Source: Bacteroidales bacterium (GTDB lineage Bacteria; Bacteroidota; Bacteroidia; Bacteroidales; PUMT01). From it: a DNA stretch of 63,839 nt. A program made the position numbers and the translations under genes. The notes under the pieces were generated by a model. That model was not told the DNA's origin, made no database searches, and was given only the letters and a program-made list of their open reading frames with translations. Location: positions 1 through 63,839 of the forward strand of contig SLJO01000077.1 in the NCBI GenBank assembly GCA_007135095.1. Direction: 5' to 3'. This document shows positions 1-9,960 of this stretch, piece by piece (the stretch's first letter is position 1; each line of letters starts with the position of its first letter).

Positions 1-1265
1 CCATAGCGGCCCAGGCCAATGATAATGGCATCAAATTGGGCCATTTTCATCTGCTTGACCTTTACTTCACGGTATGGATCCTTTCTCTCGAAAATCACCA
101 GAAACGGTGAAATAGCCTCAAAAATCTGATGGGAATACAGTATCATGTAGGTGGACAACCCAATAGTAATTAACCCCACAAGGGTTATCAGTCCCACCGT
201 CTGATCCCCGATATGGCCCAGTTGATAACCAAGAGCAGCAAGGATCAGGGAAAATTCACTTATTTGAGCCACTGCCAGGCCGGAAAGGAAGGAGGTTCGT
301 TTGCGGTAACCCATCAGACCCATTATGATAAGAACTATCAAAGGATTCCCTATAAGAACAAAAAACGAAAAGATAAGTGCCGGCCTGATCTGGCCACCAA
401 TAAGGGAAAGATCAAGCCCGGAGCCGAGCGTGACAAAAAAGAATAATAAAAGGAAATCCCTTAAAGTGGTAAGTTTACCGCTGATCATTTCGCGGTAATC
501 GGTTGATGCAAGTGAAACACCGGCAAGAAATGCGCCTACTTCCCTGCTAAATCCAAGATAATCGCCGGTTGCGGCAAGCAGCAGAGCCCATGATATTGAA
601 AACAGGATAAGCAATTCCTGGGAGTATACCATTGCTTTAACAACATGGGGTAATACAAAGCGCATAAGGAGGCCAACTATTGCCAGCATCCCCAGACCTT
701 TTAAAATTACCAGCGCAATGTCAAACGCAGGGTTCCCGATGATTTCCGTGCCAAGAGCCGAAAGGAATATCATGACAAGGACAACGACAATATCCTGCAC
801 GATAAGGAACCCGATAGATATTTGTCCGTGCAATGAATCAATTTCCTTTTTGTCAGAAAGCAGCTTTACTATTATAATTGTGCTTGAAAAGGTAAGTGCT
901 ACGGCAACATACAGTGATATGATAACAGAAAAGCCCATGGCTATTGCCATCAGGTAACCGAAAAATGACGTGAACAATACCTGTCCGAGCCCTGTGAGAA
1001 GCGCGACCTTTCCCGTCGATTTAATCAGCTTAATGTCAAGCTTGAGTCCGATAACAAACAGGAGTATGGCAATGCCAAGGTCGGCAAGCAAATGGATCTG
1101 CTCAATCGACTCAAGCAGATCAAGCCCCCATGGACCCACAAGAATTCCCACCCCTATAAAGGCAACTATCAGCGGTTGTTTCAGTAACCGCCCTACCAGT
1201 CCGACGATGGCAGCAATGATAAGAATTACCGCGAGTTCAAAAAAGGGGTTATCAATCAATTCCAT
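1..1265 (-). CDS. CPA2-family (KefB/KefC-like) cation:proton antiporter, runs off the left edge (partial)
   Basis: Not in the ORF track; translated by hand from ATG at 1265: MELIDNPFFELAVILIIAAIVGLVGRLLKQPLIVAFIGVGILVGPWG...LGIAILLFVIGLKLD. In the same frame at the window edge: AIIIGLGRY, the start of a TrkA-N/RCK Rossmann motif. Confidence 0.88.
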   Translation of the reverse strand, partial: MELIDNPFFELAVILIIAAIVGLVGRLLKQPLIVAFIGVGILVGPWGLDLLESIEQIHLLADLGIAILLFVIGLKLDIKLIKSTGKVALLTGLGQVLFTSFFGYLMAIAMGFSVIISLYVAVALTFSSTIIIVKLLSDKKEIDSLHGQISIGFLIVQDIVVVLVMIFLSALGTEIIGNPAFDIALVILKGLGMLAIVGLLMRFVLPHVVKAMVYSQELLILFSISWALLLAATGDYLGFSREVGAFLAGVSLASTDYREMISGKLTTLRDFLLLFFFVTLGSGLDLSLIGGQIRPALIFSFFVLIGNPLIVLIIMGLMGYRKRTSFLSGLAVAQISEFSLILAALGYQLGHIGDQTVGLITLVGLITIGLSTYMILYSHQIFEAISPFLVIFERKDPYREVKVKQMKMAQFDAIIIGLGRY

Positions 1266-1377
1266 AAATACAAAAATAACTGTTTAACCCCTTATTACCA
1301 TCAAAAAAACAACCTGATAATAACTCACTCAGAGCAATCCGGCAGGGATACCTGGCCGGTCTATTTTGGTAATTTTT

Positions 1378-2505
1378 TCATTTAAGGTGCTTCTCAAACC
1401 AATCAAGCATTTCAATTTTCATTTCATCAGTGAAGACGTGTCCTGTATTTTCATAAACTATGCTCTTAAAATTGCCTTGATGGTTGTAAAGGTTATAGAC
1501 AGTTTCAAGTTTATCCTCCAGGACCCTTATACCGCTTAGCGGCGAACCAAGGTCACTGTCACCGGTAAGAACCAGGAATGGCCTTGGAGCAATCAGACCC
1601 ATCAGGGCTTCGGTATCAAAATGCTTAAGCATTCCCGGAACAAAATAATATATGCCGTGGGCACGCAGCTGGCGCTGTTCGATCAGCTCCTTATACCGGG
1701 TAAAGCAGGCAATGCCGACCACGACCTTTATGCGTTCATCGAGTGCCGCCAGCCACCATGCACGGGTACTTCCCATGCTCATCCCTTCAATACCAATCCT
1801 TTCCGCGTCTATTTCGGGGCGGCTTACCAGATAATCTATTGCAATCTGTTCATCGCGAAGCTGCATTCCCCAGAGTGAACGGCCAAACCATGAATTAATC
1901 TTAAACAGGGATAATTCCTGGTCAGCCCTGGTTTGCATCTCCATATCTCCTGCAGGACCCTGACCACGCCTCTCGCCGTTGAAATAACTGTCAATTGCCA
2001 TCACAGCATAACCGTTCGAGATGAAGAGCGCCAGGACATCCTGTGCAGTGGCCGGGTTCGATCCGAATATGTTATCCTTGCTGCTACCATGGCCATGCAG
2101 TCCGATAATAACCGGCACCTTACCCTCCACGCTGGTGGGTATGGCAATGTATCCGGGCACCCATGAATCAACGCCGTTATCAAAAATGAACTTTTCCAGG
2201 ATGTACCCGTTTTTTTCTTCCCTGGAAACTGTCCTTACATTCAACTGTTCCGGACGCGCAGGAATGTCGCCCAGAAGCTGCACTATCGTTTCCCTCACTC
2301 CGGTGCGTTCTTCTTTCCAGGCGGGCAGGTTGTCCGGGAAATGGAAATCAGGATAGTTCCAGTTCCGGTAATGATCCGGGACCCCTTCCCATGGCTCCTG
2401 CCAGACACCTGATTCAGTGTCTGATTGCGCAATTGCCGGAACATTCAGGCCGGCAGCAATGATGAGGCTTACTAATAAAAGCAATGATTTTTTTTTCATG
2501 ATCAT
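1378..2505 (-). CDS. Exported alpha/beta hydrolase (dienelactone hydrolase / acetylxylan esterase-like)
   Basis: Signal peptide ending AIA|Q, HGHG oxyanion segment, GMSMG nucleophile elbow, GDSD and TGH as likely Asp/His of the triad. Confidence 0.85.
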   Translation of the reverse strand: MIMKKKSLLLLVSLIIAAGLNVPAIAQSDTESGVWQEPWEGVPDHYRNWNYPDFHFPDNLPAWKEERTGVRETIVQLLGDIPARPEQLNVRTVSREEKNGYILEKFIFDNGVDSWVPGYIAIPTSVEGKVPVIIGLHGHGSSKDNIFGSNPATAQDVLALFISNGYAVMAIDSYFNGERRGQGPAGDMEMQTRADQELSLFKINSWFGRSLWGMQLRDEQIAIDYLVSRPEIDAERIGIEGMSMGSTRAWWLAALDERIKVVVGIACFTRYKELIEQRQLRAHGIYYFVPGMLKHFDTEALMGLIAPRPFLVLTGDSDLGSPLSGIRVLEDKLETVYNLYNHQGNFKSIVYENTGHVFTDEMKIEMLDWFEKHLK

Positions 2506-2678
2506 ATTATTTAATTACCAGTTCATAATTTCTGTTTTTTCTCTGTTCCGGCTCCGGGTTGGCCCTTACCGGTTTTCCCGGGGAACTGTATCGGCAGCGG
2601 GTTATTTACCCGTAAAGAAACCCCTTCCGGCTGATGTGGTAACACAGGGCAGAAAAGGACGGCATGGAAATCAAAGGA

Positions 2679-3578
2679 TCATTGTTCTTTCATCCTCTCA
2701 AGGATATCAGGGCTGACCAGGAGGTGAAGGGCATCAGGAATCACCCATTCCCTGGTTATAACCCTGGGTTCAGGAAGGGATGGATCAAGGTCGAGGTATT
2801 CAATTTTTGCCTGAATCGGGGTTTCCAGGATATAAGGCTTGCATTTTGAAATAGCTGCAATGGCTTTTTTGGCTCCTTCATAGAGAGCCTGCCGGGTTTC
2901 CTGGAAGGGGTATAAAACGGCGGCCTCCTGTGATATCCCCTCCTTGACAGCTACCGTGATAATTTCATCTCCGAAGAATTCTATCCCTTCACGGCATGCA
3001 GCAACATCACCTGTCACCATAATCGTTGGCACACCAAAATAACCTGCTATCGCAGCAACCTGTGCAAGCTCACCGGATTCAACCCCATTATACCAGTACC
3101 GGTTTTCAGTCCTTGAAGACTGGGTATGATTCAGTACCCCGTCGGGGGTGCCCATCATGGCATGCAGGCCAAAGTGCACCAGTCCGTCGAAAGACTCGTC
3201 AATCCCCCATATACCCGGTCCCGGTCGGGGCCGGCCGGTAATGTATGTTGCGCCGGGCACCATCATATGCGGGATCAGTGACCCCGATCCATGCCCGTCG
3301 AGAATGACAATTTCTTTTGCACCACCATCCTGCAAGCCTCGTATAAGGGCTGCAAGATCATCCATAAAGTATTCGCAGGCCTGGATATTGAGCGGCGTGT
3401 CCTTTTCCCTTGTCTGGGAAAATTTATATACTCCGCTTACTCCCTCAAGGTCAGTCATGACATAAATTTTCTGAGCATCAATCCCTGGCAGTGCTAGGGT
3501 CAGTAACATTACAGTCACCCCTATCAGCCGGTTCAGAACAGGCCCTGGGGAAATGGTTCGGTTCATGGTTTTTTCCAT
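2679..3578 (-). CDS. M55-family (DppA-like) D-aminopeptidase with N-terminal signal peptide
   Basis: DLEGVSG, DGHG, GLHA, NHT and GEL metal-binding motifs typical of M55; VTGD..AC; hydrophobic N-terminus ending IDA|Q. Confidence 0.88.
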   Translation of the reverse strand: MEKTMNRTISPGPVLNRLIGVTVMLLTLALPGIDAQKIYVMTDLEGVSGVYKFSQTREKDTPLNIQACEYFMDDLAALIRGLQDGGAKEIVILDGHGSGSLIPHMMVPGATYITGRPRPGPGIWGIDESFDGLVHFGLHAMMGTPDGVLNHTQSSRTENRYWYNGVESGELAQVAAIAGYFGVPTIMVTGDVAACREGIEFFGDEIITVAVKEGISQEAAVLYPFQETRQALYEGAKKAIAAISKCKPYILETPIQAKIEYLDLDPSLPEPRVITREWVIPDALHLLVSPDILERMKEQ

Positions 3579-4167
3579 TTGTGAAAAAGTTAATGAAATT
3601 AGTATTCAGTTGGGTTTTTATGCAGATAATTTCAAATTCGGCATTTCTATTCCATGAAGCCAGCATGTCATATAATTGTCCGGTTCCTGCCCCCACGCTC
3701 TTCAAAAGTACATTAAAAATTTTATCAGCTTTAATTACATACAGACAAGATGAAAAAATTTTATGTTAAAGCGAAGCGGTTCCTCCTTTAATGTATCCAT
3801 TAAGCGAAAATCCTTCAGGGCACAATACTATTGTATGTAAAACCGACCTTCAGGTCAAATTACACAAAGACAGATGAAAATTTGCAATAGCATGTGCAGG
3901 TCAAGGCCTGGGATGGCGCACGCAAATGACCCGGCAAGAATAAATGGTGCCGGCGGGCATGCGGTATTTACCGGTAAGCGGGATATCCGCTACCATGAAG
4001 TATGGCGGAAGGCAATGTGAGTCTGATCAAAGATGATTTAACATCTGGAATCTGCAAGTAAAAACCGATATAAGCTCAAAGTCACCTCTGTAAAGAGAAG
4101 CGAAAGGAACCTGCTGTGCATTTAGCACATCTGAGGCAGGGGAGATAATCAGCGAAATTCAGGCTGC

Positions 4168-4635
4168 CTAATCCTGCAGGGTGATATCACCTTTGGGTTC
4201 AACTACCGCTCCCTGAATGCGCAATATTGCGGTCTGCCGGTTTTCAGCATTGGACTGGATGGTAACGGTCCGGCGTATCCTGTGAGGCTGGGGTACTATT
4301 CTGAACTGCACCTCTACAAATCCGCTGTCGCTCGGTGAAATGGGCTGTTTGGTGTAATCATTGACCCTTGTTCCGCAGCATGCCCGTACATTTGAAAGTA
4401 CCAGCGGCTGGTTACCCTGATTAAATACTGTGAACCTCAATTTACCATCGGGAAGATTTTCGGTCGACATCTCTCCGTATTCATGCAGTTCCCTGTCAAA
4501 TGCAATAAATGCTCCCCGTTGCTCCTGCGAAAGCAGTGACCCAAAGGAAAACATAACAAGTACCGATAGTGAAAGAAAAATTTTCATCATGCTAATTTTA
4601 CTGTTATAAAAAGTCAATATTGACGTTGGCATCAT
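4168..4635 (-). CDS. DUF1573-type Ig-like exported protein (true start probably ~4590)
   Basis: F.VFNQGNQPLVLSNV.ACCG...PISPSDSG..V.F pattern, TVTIQSNA; signal peptide MMKIFLSLSVLVMFSFGSLLS|Q. Confidence 0.75.
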   Translation of the reverse strand: MMPTSILTFYNSKISMMKIFLSLSVLVMFSFGSLLSQEQRGAFIAFDRELHEYGEMSTENLPDGKLRFTVFNQGNQPLVLSNVRACCGTRVNDYTKQPISPSDSGFVEVQFRIVPQPHRIRRTVTIQSNAENRQTAILRIQGAVVEPKGDITLQD

Positions 4636-4839
4636 AATTGTTCATTACGAAAGTTGAATATAAATGTTGCATAAAATTAATACAAGTACCGGTTCAAATT
4701 CAAATATCATGCCGGATTTAATGAATTTTAACATTAGGGCCGGCCACTGTCAAGAACTAAAACTATTTCATGCTGTTTATTATTATGTCAGGGATAAGAA
4801 ATACGCTACGCCCCTGTTACAAAATATGGCAATTTTGGC

Positions 4840-4847
4840 TACATTTG
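4840..4847 (+). promoter_or_regulatory. Bacteroidota sigma-A -7 promoter element (TACATTTG)
   Basis: Matches TAnnTTTG 45 bp upstream of the acyl-CoA ligase start. Confidence 0.55.
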
Positions 4848-4891
4848 CACTGTTTTTGTATCCGGTAATCAAAAAGATAAAAACCTGAAAA

Positions 4892-6613
4892 ATGAATATC
4901 CCTAAAAGTCAAACCCTTGCTGCCTTACTTGAAAACAGCAATCAACTCTATCCTGACAGGATTGCCCTGTCATTTGTCGGGGGCACTCCCTACAAATATT
5001 CCATGGTGTACAGCCTGGCAAAAGAAATTTCCGGCTTGCTTGCCGATAAAGGCATCCGGAAGGGGGACAGGGTTGCAATCCTCAGTCAGAACATGCCGCA
5101 ATGGGGTATTGCATATCTTGCCATCACCTCAATGGGCGCCGTAACAGTGCCGATACTGACAGAATTCAATGAAAGGGAAATTAAGAAAATCCTTGAACAC
5201 TCGGAGACAAGCGCTGTAATAGTTTCCGGTAAACTGGCACCCAAGCTTAAAAACGCGCTGCCCGGAAGTCTTCATACCATAATTCATGCTGATGATTTCA
5301 GTCTGGCTGACCGCGGGCATCTGGAGGAAACAGGAAAAATCAAAGTTGTTCAGAGTCATAGTCAATGGAAGAATGATATTGACAGGATAAAAGGCAAACA
5401 GGACATAAATGAACCCGGTGAAGATGACCTGGCAGCCATATTGTACACCTCCGGTACAACAGGAAATCCAAAAGGGGTAATGCTGACCCACAAAAATCTT
5501 GTGTCCAATGCAATAAACACAGGTCACATTCAGGATGTAACCCTTGATGACAGGATGCTTTCTGTACTTCCCCTGTCGCATACCTATGAATGCACCATCG
5601 GTTTCATTATACCCATGATGAACGGCGCATCGGTCTATTATCTTGAAAAACCCCCTACTGCTGCCGTCCTGGTGCCAGCAATGCAGGAGGTAAAACCCAC
5701 CATGATACTTACGGTGCCGCTTATTATCGAAAAGGTTTATAAGCTCCAGGTGCTGCCAAAGATCCAGGGTTCCCCCGTGATGAGATCACTGTTTAAGGTG
5801 CCCTTCTTCCGCCGTCAGATTCATAAAATAGCAGGAAAAAAACTTTACAATACCTTCGGAGGCAATTTACATTTCTTTGGCATTGGAGGCGCAAAACTTG
5901 CCGCCGATGCCGAGCAGTTCCTTCGTGATGCCAAATTCCCCTATGCCATAGGTTACGGACTGACTGAAACTTCACCCCTGCTTGCCGGATGCACTCCTTC
6001 ACTTACCCGTTACCGGTCTACCGGGTTTAGCCTGCCGGGACAAATGCTGAAAATTGACAATCCAAATTCAATCACCGGGGAGGGAGAGATCCTTGCCAAA
6101 GGGCCTAATATCATGAAGGGATATTACAAGGATAAGGAACAAACCGAAAAGGTCTTCACAGAAGATGGATGGTTCAAAACAGGTGATCTTGGAGTAATGG
6201 ATGAGGATAAATATCTGTACATCAAGGGAAGACTGAAAAATATGGTGGTGGGTCCCAGCGGTGAGAATATCTATCCCGAGGAGATAGAGTCAGTGATCAA
6301 CAACCAGTCGATGGTTCTCGAATCGGTGGTTTACGAGATGAGGGGAACCCTTGTGGCCCGCGTACACCTGAATTACGAGGAACTTGAGAAATACTACAAC
6401 GAACTGAAGGATTCAGCAAAGAATATGCAGGTACAGATGAGCGAACTCGTGCACGAAAAACTCGCCGAGATAAAGCAGAAAGTCAACAATGAGGTGAATA
6501 AATTTTCACGCATAAGCAAGATCATTGAGCAGCAGTCGCCATTTGAAAAGACACCAACACAGAAGATCAAGCGTTTCCTTTACCAGAAAAAAGAGGAGCT
6601 GGGCCGGGGATAA
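4892..6613 (+). CDS. Long-chain fatty acid--CoA ligase (AMP-binding enzyme)
   Basis: YTSGTTGNPKG, GYGLTE, GWFKTGDLG, IKGRLKN, GENIYPEEIE and TPTQKIKR adenylate-forming motifs. Confidence 0.92.
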   Translation: MNIPKSQTLAALLENSNQLYPDRIALSFVGGTPYKYSMVYSLAKEISGLLADKGIRKGDRVAILSQNMPQWGIAYLAITSMGAVTVPILTEFNEREIKKILEHSETSAVIVSGKLAPKLKNALPGSLHTIIHADDFSLADRGHLEETGKIKVVQSHSQWKNDIDRIKGKQDINEPGEDDLAAILYTSGTTGNPKGVMLTHKNLVSNAINTGHIQDVTLDDRMLSVLPLSHTYECTIGFIIPMMNGASVYYLEKPPTAAVLVPAMQEVKPTMILTVPLIIEKVYKLQVLPKIQGSPVMRSLFKVPFFRRQIHKIAGKKLYNTFGGNLHFFGIGGAKLAADAEQFLRDAKFPYAIGYGLTETSPLLAGCTPSLTRYRSTGFSLPGQMLKIDNPNSITGEGEILAKGPNIMKGYYKDKEQTEKVFTEDGWFKTGDLGVMDEDKYLYIKGRLKNMVVGPSGENIYPEEIESVINNQSMVLESVVYEMRGTLVARVHLNYEELEKYYNELKDSAKNMQVQMSELVHEKLAEIKQKVNNEVNKFSRISKIIEQQSPFEKTPTQKIKRFLYQKKEELGRG

Positions 6614-6659
6614 CCGTTTAAAAACAGGGTCATCAGGGCAGGTGCGGTTTAATAGGGGA

Positions 6660-7961
6660 CTAGAGGGCGCCGGAACAGTTCTCCAGGCCGATCCCCCTTG
6701 ATCCTTTAAGCAGTATAAATCTGCCCGATACCGGGTTGTCTGTAAGCCATTCGGTTAGCTGTTCTGTATTTTTGAATTTAAGATAGCTGCCGGCAGCCGG
6801 AATATCATAAAACACTTTCCCAACCAGCATAACTTCCCTGAAATCATACCGGTCCACCATCCGGATAATTTTTTCATGCTCCCTGGTGCTGTACTGCCCA
6901 AGTTCAAGCATATCACCCAGAATAACCGACTTGTTTTCTCCCGGCATGGCTGCGAAATTTATGATGGCAGCCATCATGCTGTCGGGGTTGGCATTATATG
7001 CATCCAGCAATAACTTGTTTTTCTTTGTCGCGGTTATTTGTGAACGGTTGCTGGAAGGAATATAATTTTCCACGGCATCTTTTATCTGACCGGGGGAAGC
7101 TCCGAAATATACCCCTATACAGGCTGCAGCAATAATATTTTCAACATTATAGGTCCCTGCCATTTGTGTTTTTACATTCAGGGATTTGCTGAATTTTCGG
7201 GTTTTTATTTCCAGTTCAAGCTTTTCATCAGAAGCAAGCAGGCTCCCGGCCACAAAGTTTTCCTCTCCGGTTCCATAGGGGATAAAGTCAAGGCTGATCT
7301 CCTCTGAAAGCTCAACCAGATTGGGGCGGTCGGAATTAAGAAATGCCTTCCCCCCTGTCCTCTTAAGATAACGGAATAATTCACTCTTAGCCTTTCGCAC
7401 CCCTTCAGGTGAGCCAAAGCCTTCCAGGTGAGCAGAGCCTATATTGGTTATAAGCCCATGGTCCGGCATGGCTATGGTACAAAGTGTCTCAATCTCCCCG
7501 ATATGATTTGCGCCCATTTCAATGACGGCAATCTGGTGAGTCTCATTTAGCTCAAGCAATGTTAACGGCACGCCGATATGGTTATTCAGGTTTCCCCTGG
7601 TGGCAAGCGTCTTGTACCTGCAGGACAAAATTTCCCGCACCAATTCCTTGGTAGTTGTTTTGCCGTTGGAGCCGGTTATTGCAAGCACGGGAATCCTGAA
7701 CAGCTGGCGGTGATAGCAGGCCAGCTGCTGTAATGACGAAAGCACATTGCTGACAAGGATGGTCTGCCGGGGAACAACAAAGTCAGCATTATCAATAACG
7801 GCCATGCTGCAGCCGTTATCGATGGCCTGCCTGGCAAACGCGTTGCCATCGAATTTTTCTCCCTGAAGGGCAAAAAAGATCTTACCCGGTGAAGTAACAC
7901 GGCTGTCAGTTGTAACACCGGATGAGTCGAGAAAAACTCTGTATAATTCTTTTGTTTTCAA
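6660..7961 (-). CDS. murF: UDP-MurNAc-tripeptide--D-Ala-D-Ala ligase
   Basis: TDSR, ITGSNGKTTTKE, NLNNHIGVPLTL, EMGANH, DAYNANPDSM, LGDMLELG, LKGSRG. Confidence 0.97.
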   Translation of the reverse strand: MKTKELYRVFLDSSGVTTDSRVTSPGKIFFALQGEKFDGNAFARQAIDNGCSMAVIDNADFVVPRQTILVSNVLSSLQQLACYHRQLFRIPVLAITGSNGKTTTKELVREILSCRYKTLATRGNLNNHIGVPLTLLELNETHQIAVIEMGANHIGEIETLCTIAMPDHGLITNIGSAHLEGFGSPEGVRKAKSELFRYLKRTGGKAFLNSDRPNLVELSEEISLDFIPYGTGEENFVAGSLLASDEKLELEIKTRKFSKSLNVKTQMAGTYNVENIIAAACIGVYFGASPGQIKDAVENYIPSSNRSQITATKKNKLLLDAYNANPDSMMAAIINFAAMPGENKSVILGDMLELGQYSTREHEKIIRMVDRYDFREVMLVGKVFYDIPAAGSYLKFKNTEQLTEWLTDNPVSGRFILLKGSRGIGLENCSGAL

Positions 7962-7972
7962 ATGCTTATATT

Positions 7973-8003
7973 AAGAAAACCCCATTAAATAAATGAGGTT
8001 TCC
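7973..8003 (-). terminator. Probable intrinsic terminator/hairpin after gldJ
   Basis: Minus strand reads GGAAACCTCATT-TATTT-AATGGGGTTTTCTT: a stem with G:U pairs and a T-rich end, 25 bp past the gldJ stop. Confidence 0.5.
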
Positions 8004-8028
8004 GGATCAAAAAGTATGTGTGAAGTAT

Positions 8029-9498
8029 TTATCTGTTCTGGGAACCTCCGACACGGTTCATTGCACAACGGAAACCCAGATCATCACGGGCTTCCTCCTG
8101 ATGAAGAAAGCGGCGTTCACCGGGTGAAAGCCAATAGGCCCTGTCTTTCCATGATCCTCCCTTGTAAACCCTAACCTCATCATTAATCAGGGAGGTAAAG
8201 TCACCGTCATTCTGAGCATACATCCTGCTCCGTTCATCGTCGTTATCGTTGGCATAACCCACACTGGACATCCTGTCGCCATCACGGTAATTTATATAAT
8301 TAGCCTGACTGTAATTCCTGCGTCCAAAAGCCTCTTCCTCGGTTATCGGCCTGCTTATTAATCTGCCCAGTGAATCCTTTTGAGCAATGTTACCTTCGGC
8401 ATCGGTTGCGAGCCTGGTGAAAACGTTCCCGCGAAAGGGGCGGAATTCATCGACGTCATGAAAAGACATTGGTCTGTAGACATCCTGTACCCATTCATTT
8501 ACATTGCCGGCCATGTTATATAATCCGTAATCATTTGGCCAGTAAGACCTGACAGGAGCCGTTATTTCTGAATCCTCACTCTGAAAGCCTGCAACGCCCA
8601 TATAATCACCACGTCCGCGAACAAAGTTGGCGCGCATCTTGCCAAGATCTCTCCTTGAATCATTTCTCGCATGATGGCCATCCCAGGGATATACCCTTCG
8701 TCCGTAAATACGCTCCTCATAGGTGTTCCCAATGAGTCCGAGTGCAGCAAACTCCCACTCCGCTTCTGTGGGAAGCCTGTATTTGGGAAGCAAAAGACCA
8801 TCTTCAAACTGTACACGGCGCTCACCTCCCGCCTGTGACAGGTCAGGAAGGTTCTGAAGTACGAGTCCTTCGTACTGACCGGCAAGGTAGGCGTCGGTAT
8901 TGAAATTGTTTTCATCGATCTGGTTGGGATCCCAGTCAAGAATTCCCTCACGTATCAGTATCATCTCATTAACCCTGTCTGTACGCCATACGCAATAATC
9001 ATTCGCCTGAAGCCAGTTCACTCCAACCACGGGGTAATCATTGAAGGCAGGATGCCGGAAATAGGTTTCAACATAAGGCTCGTTGTACCCAAGAGGGCTT
9101 CTCCATACAGTGGTGTCGGGCAATGCCCCCCTGTAAACCTCGGGATAGCTAACGTATACCCTCCGCAGCCAGTGCAGATATTCCCTGTAGTCAACATTGG
9201 AAACCTCGGTTTCATCCATGTAAAATGAACTTATGCTGACCCTTCGGGGTACGTTATTCCAGTCATACATGACATCTTCCTGGGTCCTTCCCATAGTAAA
9301 GGTACCCCCGTCGATGAAGACCAGGCCCGGACCGGTTTCCTGCTGATAGAGGGCCCTTACTTCAAAGCCTCCCATTTCAGCATCATTGTAACCCCATCCG
9401 GTGGTTGATGACACATCAGAACTGCCCCCGCCAAGCAACCCGCAGGAACTCACAGTAACTGCCACAACAACAAGCGAAAAAATGCCTTTTAATTTCAT
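8029..9498 (-). CDS. gldJ: Gliding motility lipoprotein GldJ (FGE-sulfatase fold)
   Basis: Lipobox VSSC, S.TTGW.YND, FYMDETEVSN, WRTDRVNE, RLPTEAEWEFAA, MAGNVNEW, GFRCAM; canonical position between murF and divergent porU. Confidence 0.9.
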   Translation of the reverse strand: MKLKGIFSLVVVAVTVSSCGLLGGGSSDVSSTTGWGYNDAEMGGFEVRALYQQETGPGLVFIDGGTFTMGRTQEDVMYDWNNVPRRVSISSFYMDETEVSNVDYREYLHWLRRVYVSYPEVYRGALPDTTVWRSPLGYNEPYVETYFRHPAFNDYPVVGVNWLQANDYCVWRTDRVNEMILIREGILDWDPNQIDENNFNTDAYLAGQYEGLVLQNLPDLSQAGGERRVQFEDGLLLPKYRLPTEAEWEFAALGLIGNTYEERIYGRRVYPWDGHHARNDSRRDLGKMRANFVRGRGDYMGVAGFQSEDSEITAPVRSYWPNDYGLYNMAGNVNEWVQDVYRPMSFHDVDEFRPFRGNVFTRLATDAEGNIAQKDSLGRLISRPITEEEAFGRRNYSQANYINYRDGDRMSSVGYANDNDDERSRMYAQNDGDFTSLINDEVRVYKGGSWKDRAYWLSPGERRFLHQEEARDDLGFRCAMNRVGGSQNR

Positions 9499-9523
9499 AA
9501 TAAATAGTGTTAAATCACAATTT

Positions 9524-9531
9524 CAAATATA
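9524..9531 (-). promoter_or_regulatory. Bacteroidota -7 promoter element (TATATTTG) for gldJ
   Basis: TAnnTTTG match on the minus strand ~26 bp upstream of the gldJ ATG. Confidence 0.55.
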
Positions 9532-9960
9532 CTAAGTTCTTCCAGTTTTTTTTACCAATCACCAAAAATTTTTAGAAAATGATGCGTTCCGGCGATAACC
9601 CACCGGCCGGTAACTGTCTAATAAATCGCGCTGTACGAAAACCGCCGTTCGCCTCACGGGTCAAACAGCATCCGGGTAACGGCAGATTAAACAGGGCTGC
9701 AAAATAGTAAACCCCGGGCAGCAAACCGGTCCGGTAAACAGCACCGGACAATAATATTTAAAAGAACATTAAGAATTTCATAACCATCAATGCCACTTGC
9801 ATTTATGCAGTTACCTGTCAATATGCTCACAGTTTTTACGTTAATAATGGCAAATAAGTTTCCGTTTAATTAAAATATTTTACAAATTTATCCCAAATCG
9901 ATCCAACAAAACTAAAATCTGGAGCAATTACAACCCAATTATTTATAATGCCCAACCGGT

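Noticed and set aside
213-1287. Plus-strand ORFs 213-446, 718-957 and 970-1287
   Set aside because: Antisense shadows of the minus-strand CPA2 antiporter that the ORF track missed.
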